NCBI GenBank assembly: GCA_051439505.1
Contig: JBFRWI010000093.1
Span: 1 to 54,933 of the forward strand
Reading direction: 5' to 3'
DNA: 54,933 nt
Source of the DNA: Hormoscilla sp.
GTDB lineage: Bacteria; Cyanobacteriota; Cyanobacteriia; Cyanobacteriales; Desertifilaceae
The notes beneath the pieces were generated by a model. The model was given only the letters and a program-made list of their open reading frames with translations, was not told the origin of the DNA and ran no database searches. Positions 1 through 8,460 of this stretch are shown here, piece after piece; the first letter of the stretch is position 1, and the number at the start of each line of letters is the position of its first letter. The position numbers and the translations under genes are program-made.

Positions 1-32
1 CTCTTGCATAAAATCCGGTAATTTCTGACCAA

Positions 33-41
33 TGTTAAAAT
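33..41 (+). promoter_or_regulatory. Extended -10 promoter element (TGn-TAAAAT) upstream of the HEARO-like RNA
   Basis: TGTTAAAAT lies about 7 nt before the first hairpin of the structured RNA. Confidence 0.4.
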
Positions 42-47
42 TATCTC

Positions 48-296
48 CCTCGGGAAGATGCAAGCGTGCAGGTCCAGGATCAGACCTACGTTAGGGGGGT
101 CATGACACCTAGGGGTGAGCGCCAGCCCGTAGCTCTGTCGTCTGGCTTTAAGGAACGGAACGAATGGATTTTGTAGGACCGCGTGAGTCAGATGTGAAAA
201 GCCCCTTTAACTTGACCGAGGCAAACTTTACCCCTTTTTAGGGAGAGCCGAAAGGCAGCAAAATAGTCACTGGCCACGCAGAAGAGTGGCTTTTTT
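48..296 (+). ncRNA. HEARO/omega-RNA-like structured RNA, stand-alone (no IscB ORF follows)
   Basis: Ordered motifs CTACGTT..GTCATGACACC..GCCAG..GCTCTGTCG..AAAAGC..TAAC..GAGGCAAACTTTACC. Pairings gttagggg(90-98)/cccctttaac(202-211) and tctggct(141-147)/agtcaga(186-192); GAAA tetraloop hairpin at 247-256. Confidence 0.7.
273..296 (+). terminator. Intrinsic terminator ending the HEARO-like RNA
   Basis: GCCAC-8 nt loop-GTGGC followed by TTTTTT. Confidence 0.6.
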
Positions 297-376
297 GCCT
301 CGCGGTCGGTGAGCGTCCCTGAACCGCGTCAACAGCCTATAGCACGGTATTTTCGGGAAATTACCAGTTTTTTAGT

Positions 377-1459
377 ATGCTGTACCATCCCTTACAGTCC
401 CTCAAGCAGGGACACTGGTTCAAGCTCATTTGCGGAGCCAGCTTCCAACACCGGACGGCTGTTAGAAGTCTCGTGTTAGCTTATGCCCTTGCCGGTGCTG
501 ACTGTATCGATCTGGCGGCTGACCCCGCTGTGGTGGCCGCAGCTCAAGATGCTCTTCAGGTGGCCCAGTCTCTCAGTCAGGCGGCTCAACAGCGGGGCTT
601 TGCCGGTTGTGCCAGTCCGCCCCTGTTAATGGTGAGTCTCAATGATGGTGAAGACCCTCATTTCCGCAAGGCAGAATTTAACCCTGCCGAATGTCCCTCG
701 GACTGCCCCCGTCCCTGCGAACGGGTTTGTCCAGCTTCTGCGATCGCATTTAACAAGGATAGCTTTTCCGGAGTTATAGACGGACGCTGTTATGGCTGCG
801 GTCGCTGTCTGCCCGCATGTCCCATTCAGCAGATATTTACTCGTTCTTATATATATACCCCCCAGCTCGTAGCGCCTTTATTGCTAGAAACAGGCATAGA
901 TGCGATCGAGATCCACACCCAGGTAGGACATATAGCAGATTTTCGCCGCATCTGGCAAGCAATAGCACCATTAGTAGACAAATTGCAGCTAGTAGCAATA
1001 AGCTGCCCAGATGGTGCTGACCTGATTGATTATTTGCAGTCATTATATGAAATAATCCAGCCCCTACCCTGTCAGTTAATCTGGCAAGCAGACGGGCGTC
1101 CTATGAGTGGCGATATCGGCGCGGGAACGACTCACGCCACAATTAAATTAGCTCAAAAAGTCCTAGCAGCAGAATTACCGGGCTATGTCCAGCTAGCAGG
1201 AGGAACTAACAACTACACCGTTAGCCTCCTGAAGTCAGCCGGACTCCGGTCTGAGGTTGCTGGAGTAGGCTACGGGAGCTATGCCCGCGTCTTACTATCG
1301 CCAATTATAGACCAGCTAGAAACAAGGCTGGAACAGAATTCTGAGTCACCACGCTTGGAATCATTGCCAGAACTACTCTGGCAAGCAGTGACCCTTGCTC
1401 ATTCATTAGTTGTGCAACTGAAATCGCCTATGAAAGTGCTTGAAACCTCCCATTTATAG
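377..1459 (+). CDS. ldpA: Circadian input Fe-S protein LdpA
   Basis: N-terminal WFKLICGAS, EDPHFRKAEF, two 4Fe-4S ferredoxin-type Cys clusters (CPSDCPRPCERVCP; CYGCGRCLPACP), DGRPMSGDIG. Confidence 0.92.
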   Translation: MLYHPLQSLKQGHWFKLICGASFQHRTAVRSLVLAYALAGADCIDLAADPAVVAAAQDALQVAQSLSQAAQQRGFAGCASPPLLMVSLNDGEDPHFRKAEFNPAECPSDCPRPCERVCPASAIAFNKDSFSGVIDGRCYGCGRCLPACPIQQIFTRSYIYTPQLVAPLLLETGIDAIEIHTQVGHIADFRRIWQAIAPLVDKLQLVAISCPDGADLIDYLQSLYEIIQPLPCQLIWQADGRPMSGDIGAGTTHATIKLAQKVLAAELPGYVQLAGGTNNYTVSLLKSAGLRSEVAGVGYGSYARVLLSPIIDQLETRLEQNSESPRLESLPELLWQAVTLAHSLVVQLKSPMKVLETSHL

Positions 1460-1532
1460 CACGGGGTAAGACTCTGTGCATCTACTTCCGCCTACCCTTT
1501 GCTGTCCCACAAAGTCAAGAGCTAACGTCAAT

Positions 1533-3419
1533 ATGGTGAATCTGAAAATTATCAACAGTTCCGATTTTTCGGGCCGTCCGCGGACCGAGCACCAGCTCTC
1601 AATTGCATCGCCAGAGGTTGCAGACATTACTGTCGAGCGCATGGAGATTACGGACAATCTGAATAAGTTGCTAGATATCCTGCCAGAGTCAATCCGGCAT
1701 CAGCTGGAGAATCACGCATCGCGGGATAGTTTGATTGAGGTGGTTTTGGATCTGGGCAGACGACCAGAAGCTCGATTTCCCACATCTGCGGAGTACATTG
1801 CCTCCGATGCGGTTAGCAGTGAAGACCTGCATTATTGCATTCAGAGAGTGGGAAGCTTTAGCGGTGATAACCGCGCTGGCATCGAACAAACTCTGCACCG
1901 GATCAGCGCTATTCGCAATCGCAAGGGCGAGATCATCGGTCTAACTTTGCGAGTTGGTCGAGCAGTCTTCGGGACCATTGGCATGATCCGCGACCTGGTA
2001 GAAACAGGTCAGTCTATTCTGATGCTGGGGCGTCCAGGGGTTGGTAAAACAACTGCCCTGCGAGAAATTGCCCGGGTCCTGGCCGATGAATTGAATAAGC
2101 GGGTGGTGATTATCGACACCTCTAATGAAATTGCTGGAGATGGTGATATTCCTCATCCTGCGATCGGTCGCGCCCGTCGGATGCAGGTTGCCCGCCCGGA
2201 ACTCCAGCATCAGGTGATGATTGAAGCGGTGGAAAACCACATGCCAGAAGTGATCGTGATTGATGAAATTGGTACGGAATTGGAAGCTCTGGCAGCTCGG
2301 ACGATCGCGGAACGGGGAGTGATGCTGGTGGGAACTGCTCACGGAAATCAGATCGAAAACCTGATTAAAAACCCTACCCTTTCTGACTTAGTGGGTGGCA
2401 TCCAGGCAGTAACTCTCGGAGATGAGGAGGCGAAACGTCGGCGTTCTCAGAAAACCGTGTTGGAGCGTAAGGCACCACCGACCTTTGAAATTGCGGTGGA
2501 AATGCTGGAACGGCAGCGTTGGGTGGTACACGAACGGGTGGCAGAAACGGTTGATAGTTTGCTGCGGGGCAATAAACCAAATCCCCAGGTGCGAACTGTG
2601 AGCGAAACGGGTAAAGTTGTGATTACTCACGCGCTCTCAACTGCCCCAACGGAAAGTATTGCTCCCCACTCCCAGGGGGGGTCTCTTGGGATAGCTAGTC
2701 GCACAAAAGAAGAGACGCCGCGCGTTCCTTTCCCAGGAGCAAATGGTTGGCGGGCATCTGGGCAGATGAAACCGGTGCCCCACGATCCATCGTTGTCTTC
2801 CGAGCAGATGTTCGAGCAGATGCTGGATGCATCTGCGATCGCACAAGACGATTTCTTTGCTCACACTTTACCAGACCAGACATCGGACATTCTAGCTCGC
2901 GGCCCGAATGGGGAAGATTGGCCCCTGCATGTTTATCCCTATGGCATTAGTCGTCACCAGTTGGAACAGGTGATCCGCACTCTGAAATTACCAGTAGTCT
3001 TGATCAAGGATATTGATAGTGCTGATGTAGTTTTGGCCCTGCGATCGCATGTGAAGAACCACACCAAGTTAAAGCAAATGGCCAAGTCCCGTCAGGTGCC
3101 CCTGCACACTCTCAAGTCCAATAACGTACACCAGATCGTCCGCGCCCTCAAGCGCTTGCTGGATATGGACGAGATGACGGCGGCATCAGTGGATCTGAAT
3201 CTATTTTCTGCCAGCGGTACCGATGACGAGATTGAAGCCCTGGAAGAAGCGCGACTGGCCGTCGAGCAAATCGTGATTCCCAAGGGACAACCGGTGGAAC
3301 TGCTACCCCGATCTGGGAAGGTGCGCAAGATGCAACACGAGTTAGTGGAACATTATCGGCTCAAGTCTAATAGTTTTGGTGAAGAGCCTAACCGGCGTCT
3401 GCGGATTTATCCGGCTTAG
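1533..3419 (+). CDS. Ycf45/SpoIIIAA-like AAA ATPase with C-terminal R3H domain (start uncertain: 1533 or 1641)
   Basis: Walker A GRPGVGKT, IDEIG Walker B, C-terminal RKMQH R3H motif ending EPNRRLRIYP. Confidence 0.88.
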   Translation: MVNLKIINSSDFSGRPRTEHQLSIASPEVADITVERMEITDNLNKLLDILPESIRHQLENHASRDSLIEVVLDLGRRPEARFPTSAEYIASDAVSSEDLHYCIQRVGSFSGDNRAGIEQTLHRISAIRNRKGEIIGLTLRVGRAVFGTIGMIRDLVETGQSILMLGRPGVGKTTALREIARVLADELNKRVVIIDTSNEIAGDGDIPHPAIGRARRMQVARPELQHQVMIEAVENHMPEVIVIDEIGTELEALAARTIAERGVMLVGTAHGNQIENLIKNPTLSDLVGGIQAVTLGDEEAKRRRSQKTVLERKAPPTFEIAVEMLERQRWVVHERVAETVDSLLRGNKPNPQVRTVSETGKVVITHALSTAPTESIAPHSQGGSLGIASRTKEETPRVPFPGANGWRASGQMKPVPHDPSLSSEQMFEQMLDASAIAQDDFFAHTLPDQTSDILARGPNGEDWPLHVYPYGISRHQLEQVIRTLKLPVVLIKDIDSADVVLALRSHVKNHTKLKQMAKSRQVPLHTLKSNNVHQIVRALKRLLDMDEMTAASVDLNLFSASGTDDEIEALEEARLAVEQIVIPKGQPVELLPRSGKVRKMQHELVEHYRLKSNSFGEEPNRRLRIYPA

Positions 3420-3429
3420 TCGCCCAGGG

Positions 3430-3490
3430 ATCCCCCCTAACCCCCCTTAGAAAGGGGGGGACCGGAAAGCCCCGCCTGGGCGGGGTTTAG
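3430..3490. repeat. GC-rich double-hairpin dispersed repeat, possibly acting as terminator
   Basis: CCCCCCTT-AGA-AAGGGGGG and AAGCCCCGCC-TG-GGCGGGGTTT hairpins just after the stop codon. Confidence 0.5.
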
Positions 3491-3544
3491 AGGTTTTATG
3501 GGGGGATGGTCTCTTTTTGGTGCGGCAAATTTATTTTAAATTTG

Positions 3545-3574
3545 TTGCCAAAATGCGAGACTTGGTGCTACAGT
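3545..3574 (+). promoter_or_regulatory. Putative sigma70 promoter of tRNA-Ser
   Basis: TTGCCA-18 bp-TACAGT with TG extension, about 36 bp upstream of the tRNA. Confidence 0.45.
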
Positions 3575-3610
3575 AATATTTTAGTGGCTGAAAATAATCA
3601 GACCCTCTCT

Positions 3611-3697
3611 GGAGAGGTGGCCGAGTGGTTGAAGGCGCAGCACTGGAAATGCTGTTTAGTGGTAACGCTAACGAGGGTTCGAATCCCTCCCTCTCCG
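3611..3697 (+). tRNA. trnS: tRNA-Ser(GGA)
   Basis: GGAGAGG/CCTCTCC acceptor stem, anticodon arm CAGCA-CTGGAAA-TGCTG, long variable arm, GGTTCGAATCC T-arm; CCA not encoded. Confidence 0.97.
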
Positions 3698-3760
3698 TTC
3701 TCCAGTCCAAGAAGCGACATCAGCGCTAGACGATGCCAGGCTATCTGCCGGCGATCGCTT

Positions 3761-4655
3761 GTAGGGTGGGCACCGCCCACCAGACAGGGCATCGGTCGGC
3801 GATCTGGTTGCGCCGGTGTACGGCGGTTGTTACATTTTACATCTTCACCGAGAATCTGTTGATGCCGTGCCCCTACAGGGTCTGACGGTTTATGGAGCGA
3901 TCGCATGTATTGGGCATAACCTGGCATGGGGCGATCGCATGTATGGAAAGAACGTATCGGGTAGGGGCGCAGCGTCAGCGTATCGGCAAATTAACGGCTT
4001 TACCCGAAAATTAGGTCTCGCCGTGCCCCGGTGGTTGATGAACGATCGCATGTATTGGGCATGACCTTACCTGGGGTGATCGCATGCATTTGCCGATCGC
4101 GTCCGGCCCGGGGCACGGCGCGATAAAATTGACTAATTTTTACGAAAAATTTATGATGCCGTGCCCCTACAGGGTCTGAGGGTTTATGGGGCGATCGCAT
4201 GTATGGGGCGTGACTGTTTATGGGGCGATCGCATGTATGTAACAAACGTATCTGGTAGGGGCACGGCATCGGCAAATTAACTGCTTTACCCGAAAATTAT
4301 ATCACGCCGTGCCCCGGTAGTTTATGAACGATCGCATTTATTGGGCCTGACTGTTTATGGGGCGATCGCATGCATTTGCCGATCGCGTCCGGCCCGGGGC
4401 ACGGCGCGATAAAATTGACTAATTTTTACGAAAAATTTATGATGCCGTGCCCCTACAGGGTCTGACGGTTTATGAAGCGATCGCATGTATTGGGCATAAC
4501 CGGGCATGGGGCGATCGCATGTATGGAAAGAACGTATCGGGTAGGGGCACAGGGTCGCGCGTATCGGCAAATTAACGGCTTTACCCGAAAATTAGGTCTC
4601 GTTGTGCCCCGGTGGTTGATGAACGATCGCATGTCTGAAGCGATCGCATGTATCG
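3761..4655. repeat. REP/BIME-like mosaic: about 3 copies of a ~290-bp unit
   Basis: GATGCCGTGCCCCTAC recurs at 3861, 4155 and 4441, with inverse GTAGGGGCAC/GC copies; multiple CGATCGCATG sub-repeats; GTAGGGTGGGCACCGCCCACC at 3761. Confidence 0.85.
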
Positions 4656-4758
4656 TCAAGGCGATCGCCTTTGAGTTACAGTTAGACGAGGCGACTGATG
4701 GCGTATTCAGAGTTCCCACTGGAGACCCCTGGAAACGAGGTGAACAAGGAAGCATGCA

Positions 4759-4860
4759 ATGGTACAAAATATTTCTAAACATTTAACTTTGTCTGAGTTT
4801 CTCAAGCTACCAGAAACTGAACCTGCTAGTGAGTATATTGATGGTAAAATTATACAGAGG
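4759..4860 (+). pseudogene. Uma2/DUF820 family endonuclease, N-terminal fragment only
   Basis: LTLSEFLKLPETEPASEYIDGKIIQ is the typical Uma2 N-terminus; similarity stops after about 33 codons. Confidence 0.75.
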
Positions 4861-5064
4861 TGCTTTGCTGACGGCGATCCATTCCGATCGCAGTGTTCGG
4901 ACTCGTACAGGAGATTCTCCAAAATAAAACATAGGGTTTCCCAAGCCCGATCGCCCTTATCCCAACCTATCTCATTATAGACTACCCGTAACGTAAGGTG
5001 GGCAGTACACACCCTACATTTTATTGTAAAATCTCCATAACCACAGCATTCCTGTAGCCAACCC

Positions 5065-6303
5065 ATGACCTATTACATCTCACCCCGCTTCCTCAACATA
5101 GTCTCCGTTCACCTCACCAAAAACTTTCTAGAACTTCCAGGAGTACGAGTGCCCCTCATTCTCGGCATACATGGGCGCAAAGGAGAGGGAAAAACTTTCC
5201 AATGCGAATTGGTTTTCGAGAAAATGGGAGTCGAAGCTATCCACATGTCAGCGGGAGAGTTAGAAAGTCCCGACGCCGGAGATCCTGCCCGCCTGATCCG
5301 CCTCCGCTATCGGGAAGCAGCAGAATTAATTAAAGTCCGGGGCAAAATGGCCGTCCTGATCGTTAATGATTTCGATGCAGGGGCAGGACGCATGGACCGA
5401 GGCACCCAATATACTGTCAATACCCAGCTAGTGCATGGCACTCTTATGAATATCGCCGACCACCCCACAGACGTGCAACTTCCTGGCAGTTATGACGCTA
5501 CCCCTCTCCATCGCGTCCCCATTATCATCACCGGCAACGACTTTTCTACCCTCTATGCACCCCTAATTCGCGACGGTCGCATGGCCAAATTTTACTGGGA
5601 ACCCGATCGGGAAGACAGACTCGGCATAGTCGGCGGCATATTTGCCGAAGACGGGTTATCTCCCCAGGAGATCGAACAACTGGTGGATACCTTCCCCAAA
5701 CAGGCCATCGACTTCTTTGGCGCCCTGCGATCGCGCCTTTGGGACGAACAGATCGTCGAGTTCATCCATAATGTAGGAATAGAGAAGGTTTCCGCATGCG
5801 TAGTCAACAGTGCCGACAAACCGCCAGAATTTCAAAAGCCAGATTTCAGCCTCCCAAGATTAATAGAATTTGGCCAGCAGATGGCCGGCGAACAGCAGCG
5901 GGTAGAGACCATGCAGCTATCGCGAGAGTATAACCAAAACCTGTACTTGGGCGATCGCGCGCCAGTTACCCCACCAGCACCACAACCGGAGACAACCCCG
6001 ACTCTCACCAGCAGCAATGGATCATTGCAGAGAACGGAACTCACTCCAGAAATAGTCCAACAGCTGCAACAGCTACTAGCCAGCGGTTATCACATAGGCA
6101 TAGAATACGCCGATCGACGGCGTTTCCGCACCGGTTCCTGGAAAAGCGCCCAATTAATTACCACCTCTACAGAGTCCGACGCCATCGAAACAGTCTCAAG
6201 CATCTTAGGAGAACATACCGGCGAATACGTGCGGATAATAGGCATCGACCCCAAAGCCAAGCGGCGAGTTGTCGAACAGATTATCCAACGTCCCGCCAGT
6301 TAG
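5065..6303 (+). CDS. rca: Rubisco activase-like AAA+ protein (Rca/ALC) with C-terminal RbcS-like domain
   Basis: PLILGIHGRKGEGKTFQ, TLYAPLIRDGRM, IDFFGALRSR; C-terminal EYADRRRFRTGSW...EYVRIIGIDPKAKRRV small-subunit-like domain. Confidence 0.92.
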   Translation: MTYYISPRFLNIVSVHLTKNFLELPGVRVPLILGIHGRKGEGKTFQCELVFEKMGVEAIHMSAGELESPDAGDPARLIRLRYREAAELIKVRGKMAVLIVNDFDAGAGRMDRGTQYTVNTQLVHGTLMNIADHPTDVQLPGSYDATPLHRVPIIITGNDFSTLYAPLIRDGRMAKFYWEPDREDRLGIVGGIFAEDGLSPQEIEQLVDTFPKQAIDFFGALRSRLWDEQIVEFIHNVGIEKVSACVVNSADKPPEFQKPDFSLPRLIEFGQQMAGEQQRVETMQLSREYNQNLYLGDRAPVTPPAPQPETTPTLTSSNGSLQRTELTPEIVQQLQQLLASGYHIGIEYADRRRFRTGSWKSAQLITTSTESDAIETVSSILGEHTGEYVRIIGIDPKAKRRVVEQIIQRPAS

Positions 6304-6374
6304 CACCGGCATTATTGAGGCCAAATTTTCAGAAAAGTAGCACAAAAAAGCAATTCCCATGTTATAGTAGAGAA

Positions 6375-6466
6375 GACCTGGACCCAGGCGGTGACAACGC
6401 CCAAACCTTGTCAGGACGGAAGTAGCAGCAATAAGGGATGCTTGTCGCAGGCGTGGACTCCGGGTC
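6375..6466 (+). ncRNA. ffs: SRP RNA (4.5S), variant copy 1
   Basis: Long hairpin GACCTGG...CCGGGTC with domain IV TCAGG-AC-GGAA-GT-AGCAGC; own promoter-like TAGCAC...TGTTATAGT upstream. Confidence 0.85.
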
Positions 6467-6573
6467 TCCTCTTACTCTCGAACCCATCGACCCCGGAGCG
6501 CTCGCCAATCGCGAGCCAAAAAAATTTCTCCAAAAGAAGCACAAAAAAGGCAGTCTCATGTTAAGGTAGAGAA

Positions 6574-6667
6574 GACCTGGACCCATGCGGTTACAACGCC
6601 CAAACCTTGTCAGGACCGGAAGGTAGCAGCAATACGGGATGCTTGTAGCAGGCGTGGACTCCGGGTC
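6574..6667 (+). ncRNA. ffs: SRP RNA (4.5S), canonical copy 2
   Basis: Canonical domain IV TCAGG-ACC-GGAA-GGT-AGCAGC inside the GACCTGG...CCGGGTC hairpin; duplicated promoter region upstream. Confidence 0.93.
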
Positions 6668-6693
6668 ACCTCTTGAAAGGAGCGACAGTCAGT

Positions 6694-7059
6694 ATGCCTG
6701 GTTTTGGAGATAAGGTAAAAAAAGCTTTTTACCTGGGAGTGGGGCTAGTTTCCTATGCGGGAGAGAAAGCGAGTGGCACCATAGGCGAACTGCAACAGCA
6801 AGCCCAAAAACTCGCTGATGAAATGGTAGAACGGGGAGAAATCACCGCAGAAGAAGCCCGTAAGCTAGTTGATGAGATGATTGCCAAGGCGCAGCAACAG
6901 GTACCGCCGAAGTCAAGCAAGAACGCAACTCCATCGGAACCTCGCAGGATAGAGATATCGGATGAAGATTCCCCCCAAGAGAATGATGAAAATGTGAACA
7001 ACCTACGCGATCAAGTCACAGAACTGCAAGAAGAACTCCGCCGTCTGCAGCATGACTAG
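6694..7059 (+). CDS. Phasin-like coiled-coil protein (conserved cyanobacterial)
   Basis: KAFYLGVGL...ADEMVERGEITAEEARKLVDEM pattern; ATG at 6694 after AAAGGAG. Confidence 0.7.
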   Translation: MPGFGDKVKKAFYLGVGLVSYAGEKASGTIGELQQQAQKLADEMVERGEITAEEARKLVDEMIAKAQQQVPPKSSKNATPSEPRRIEISDEDSPQENDENVNNLRDQVTELQEELRRLQHD

Positions 7060-7176
7060 GATCGCTCCAGCGAACGGGGACCGGCGATCGCACCCCCAGG
7101 CCACCAGAAAGTTCAACCCTGACAACTGACTGACTGTGGGCAGGGCCCACCGAACCCAACTGACAACTGACAACTT

Positions 7177-7593
7177 ATGGATGATTGGCAAAAAGATTTT
7201 TTTGGACTTCTCGAAGCGGTGACTAGCGAGGTAGAAAAGTTTTTTAGCGAAGTAACTGAAGAAGTCTCAGAGTTTGTAGATGCGTTAGCCGAAATTTCTG
7301 AGGAAATATCTCAAGAACTCCAGTCAGCCTTCGAGAGCGAGTTGAGCGAGTTGGAAGAATATATAAACGATCTAGTCGATCCGATCGTAGTTCTTTATAT
7401 AGAATTTGATGGGGAACCGTCCGAACCATACTACCCCGAAGGCGAAACGGGAGACCCTGTCCAGAACAGTCATCCAGCCTGCATAGGTTGTCGTCATTAC
7501 CACGGTCAAGTTTATGGCGGTAATATGTTCGTATGTGCCATGCATCCCTACGGTTGGGAATCAGAAAATTGTCCTGACTGGGAATCAAATTGA
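7177..7593 (+). CDS. Conserved hypothetical acidic protein with C-terminal Cys/His motif
   Basis: Acidic helical N-terminus; C-terminal CIGCRHYHG...CAMHPYG...CPDW. Confidence 0.75.
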   Translation: MDDWQKDFFGLLEAVTSEVEKFFSEVTEEVSEFVDALAEISEEISQELQSAFESELSELEEYINDLVDPIVVLYIEFDGEPSEPYYPEGETGDPVQNSHPACIGCRHYHGQVYGGNMFVCAMHPYGWESENCPDWESN

Positions 7594-7665
7594 GGCGTTA
7601 CACCAACTCGGGGATGATGGTTGGTAAAGGCTAATGGCTAATAGCTGATAGCTAATAGTAATATA

Positions 7666-8150
7666 GGCGTTGCACATTCTTGGGATGATGGTGATATTTT
7701 CCCTTTTTGCTAATTGCAGAGGACGAAGTCGCGCAGCGGAGGGGGCCCGGATCGTGCAGGAGCGCTATTGCTAATTGCTCTCTGGACAAAAAGCGACATC
7801 TTTCGACATAGCTCACTGGCAAGAATTGCTCATCAACAACCCTTATCATCCCATAATTGTGCAACCCCGTAATATATATCCAAATATGTTGCACATTTTT
7901 ACCGATGATAGCAGCCAATTGTTAAAATTTGCGCTCTGGCAGAGGACGAAGTCGCGCAGCGGAGGGGACCCGGAGCGTGCAGGAGCGCTATTGCTAATTA
8001 AAAAGAGGAAATCGATATTTATGACTACAAATGACGATTCTCTTGCCCGCCATTGACAATTAGCAATTAGCAATTAGCAGCCCTCATCATCCCGTCATTG
8101 TGCAACGCCCCAAATATAAATAGGCGTTGCACATTTTTACCGATGATAGC
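7666..8150. mobile_element. Tandem MITE-like elements with GGCGTTGCACA terminal inverted repeats
   Basis: TIR pairs 7666/7868 and 7886/8109, a third left end at 8123; shared ~60-bp internal segment (7716-7775 and 7939-7999); heptamer STRR tracts (CAATTAG, ACTACGA). Confidence 0.65.
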
Positions 8151-8460
8151 AGTCACTGGTTGCAAATTGCCGTTCCCAGGCGGGAGGCAGGGAAACTACG
8201 AACTACGAACTACGAACTACTTATTAGAGGGTCTCATGTCGGGTAATACTGGGGGTAAAAAAGATGCTCACTGGCCCGTTATGAGGTGGTGGTACTGTAG
8301 TCGATGGCCAACATTGCCCGATCGCCTGGTGGCAGAGGATCATATCCAGTAAATATGTAACACGCATATATGATAAATTGTAGTGAATAATATGGGTTTG
8401 GATAGCTCTTTTCCCAAGTTTTTCACATTCGGTTTGTAACTTAAAAAAAAGCAGCCTGGT

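Noticed and set aside
3611..4760. tRNA-anchored integrative island
   Set aside because: No integrase and no duplicated tRNA 3' end (att site) seen in the window
3506..4786. Several 70-118-aa ORFs on both strands
   Set aside because: They overlap tRNA-Ser or are translations of the REP mosaic
5065..6303. Rubisco activase with RbcS-like domain as a novelty
   Set aside because: This is the established architecture of cyanobacterial Rca/ALC proteins
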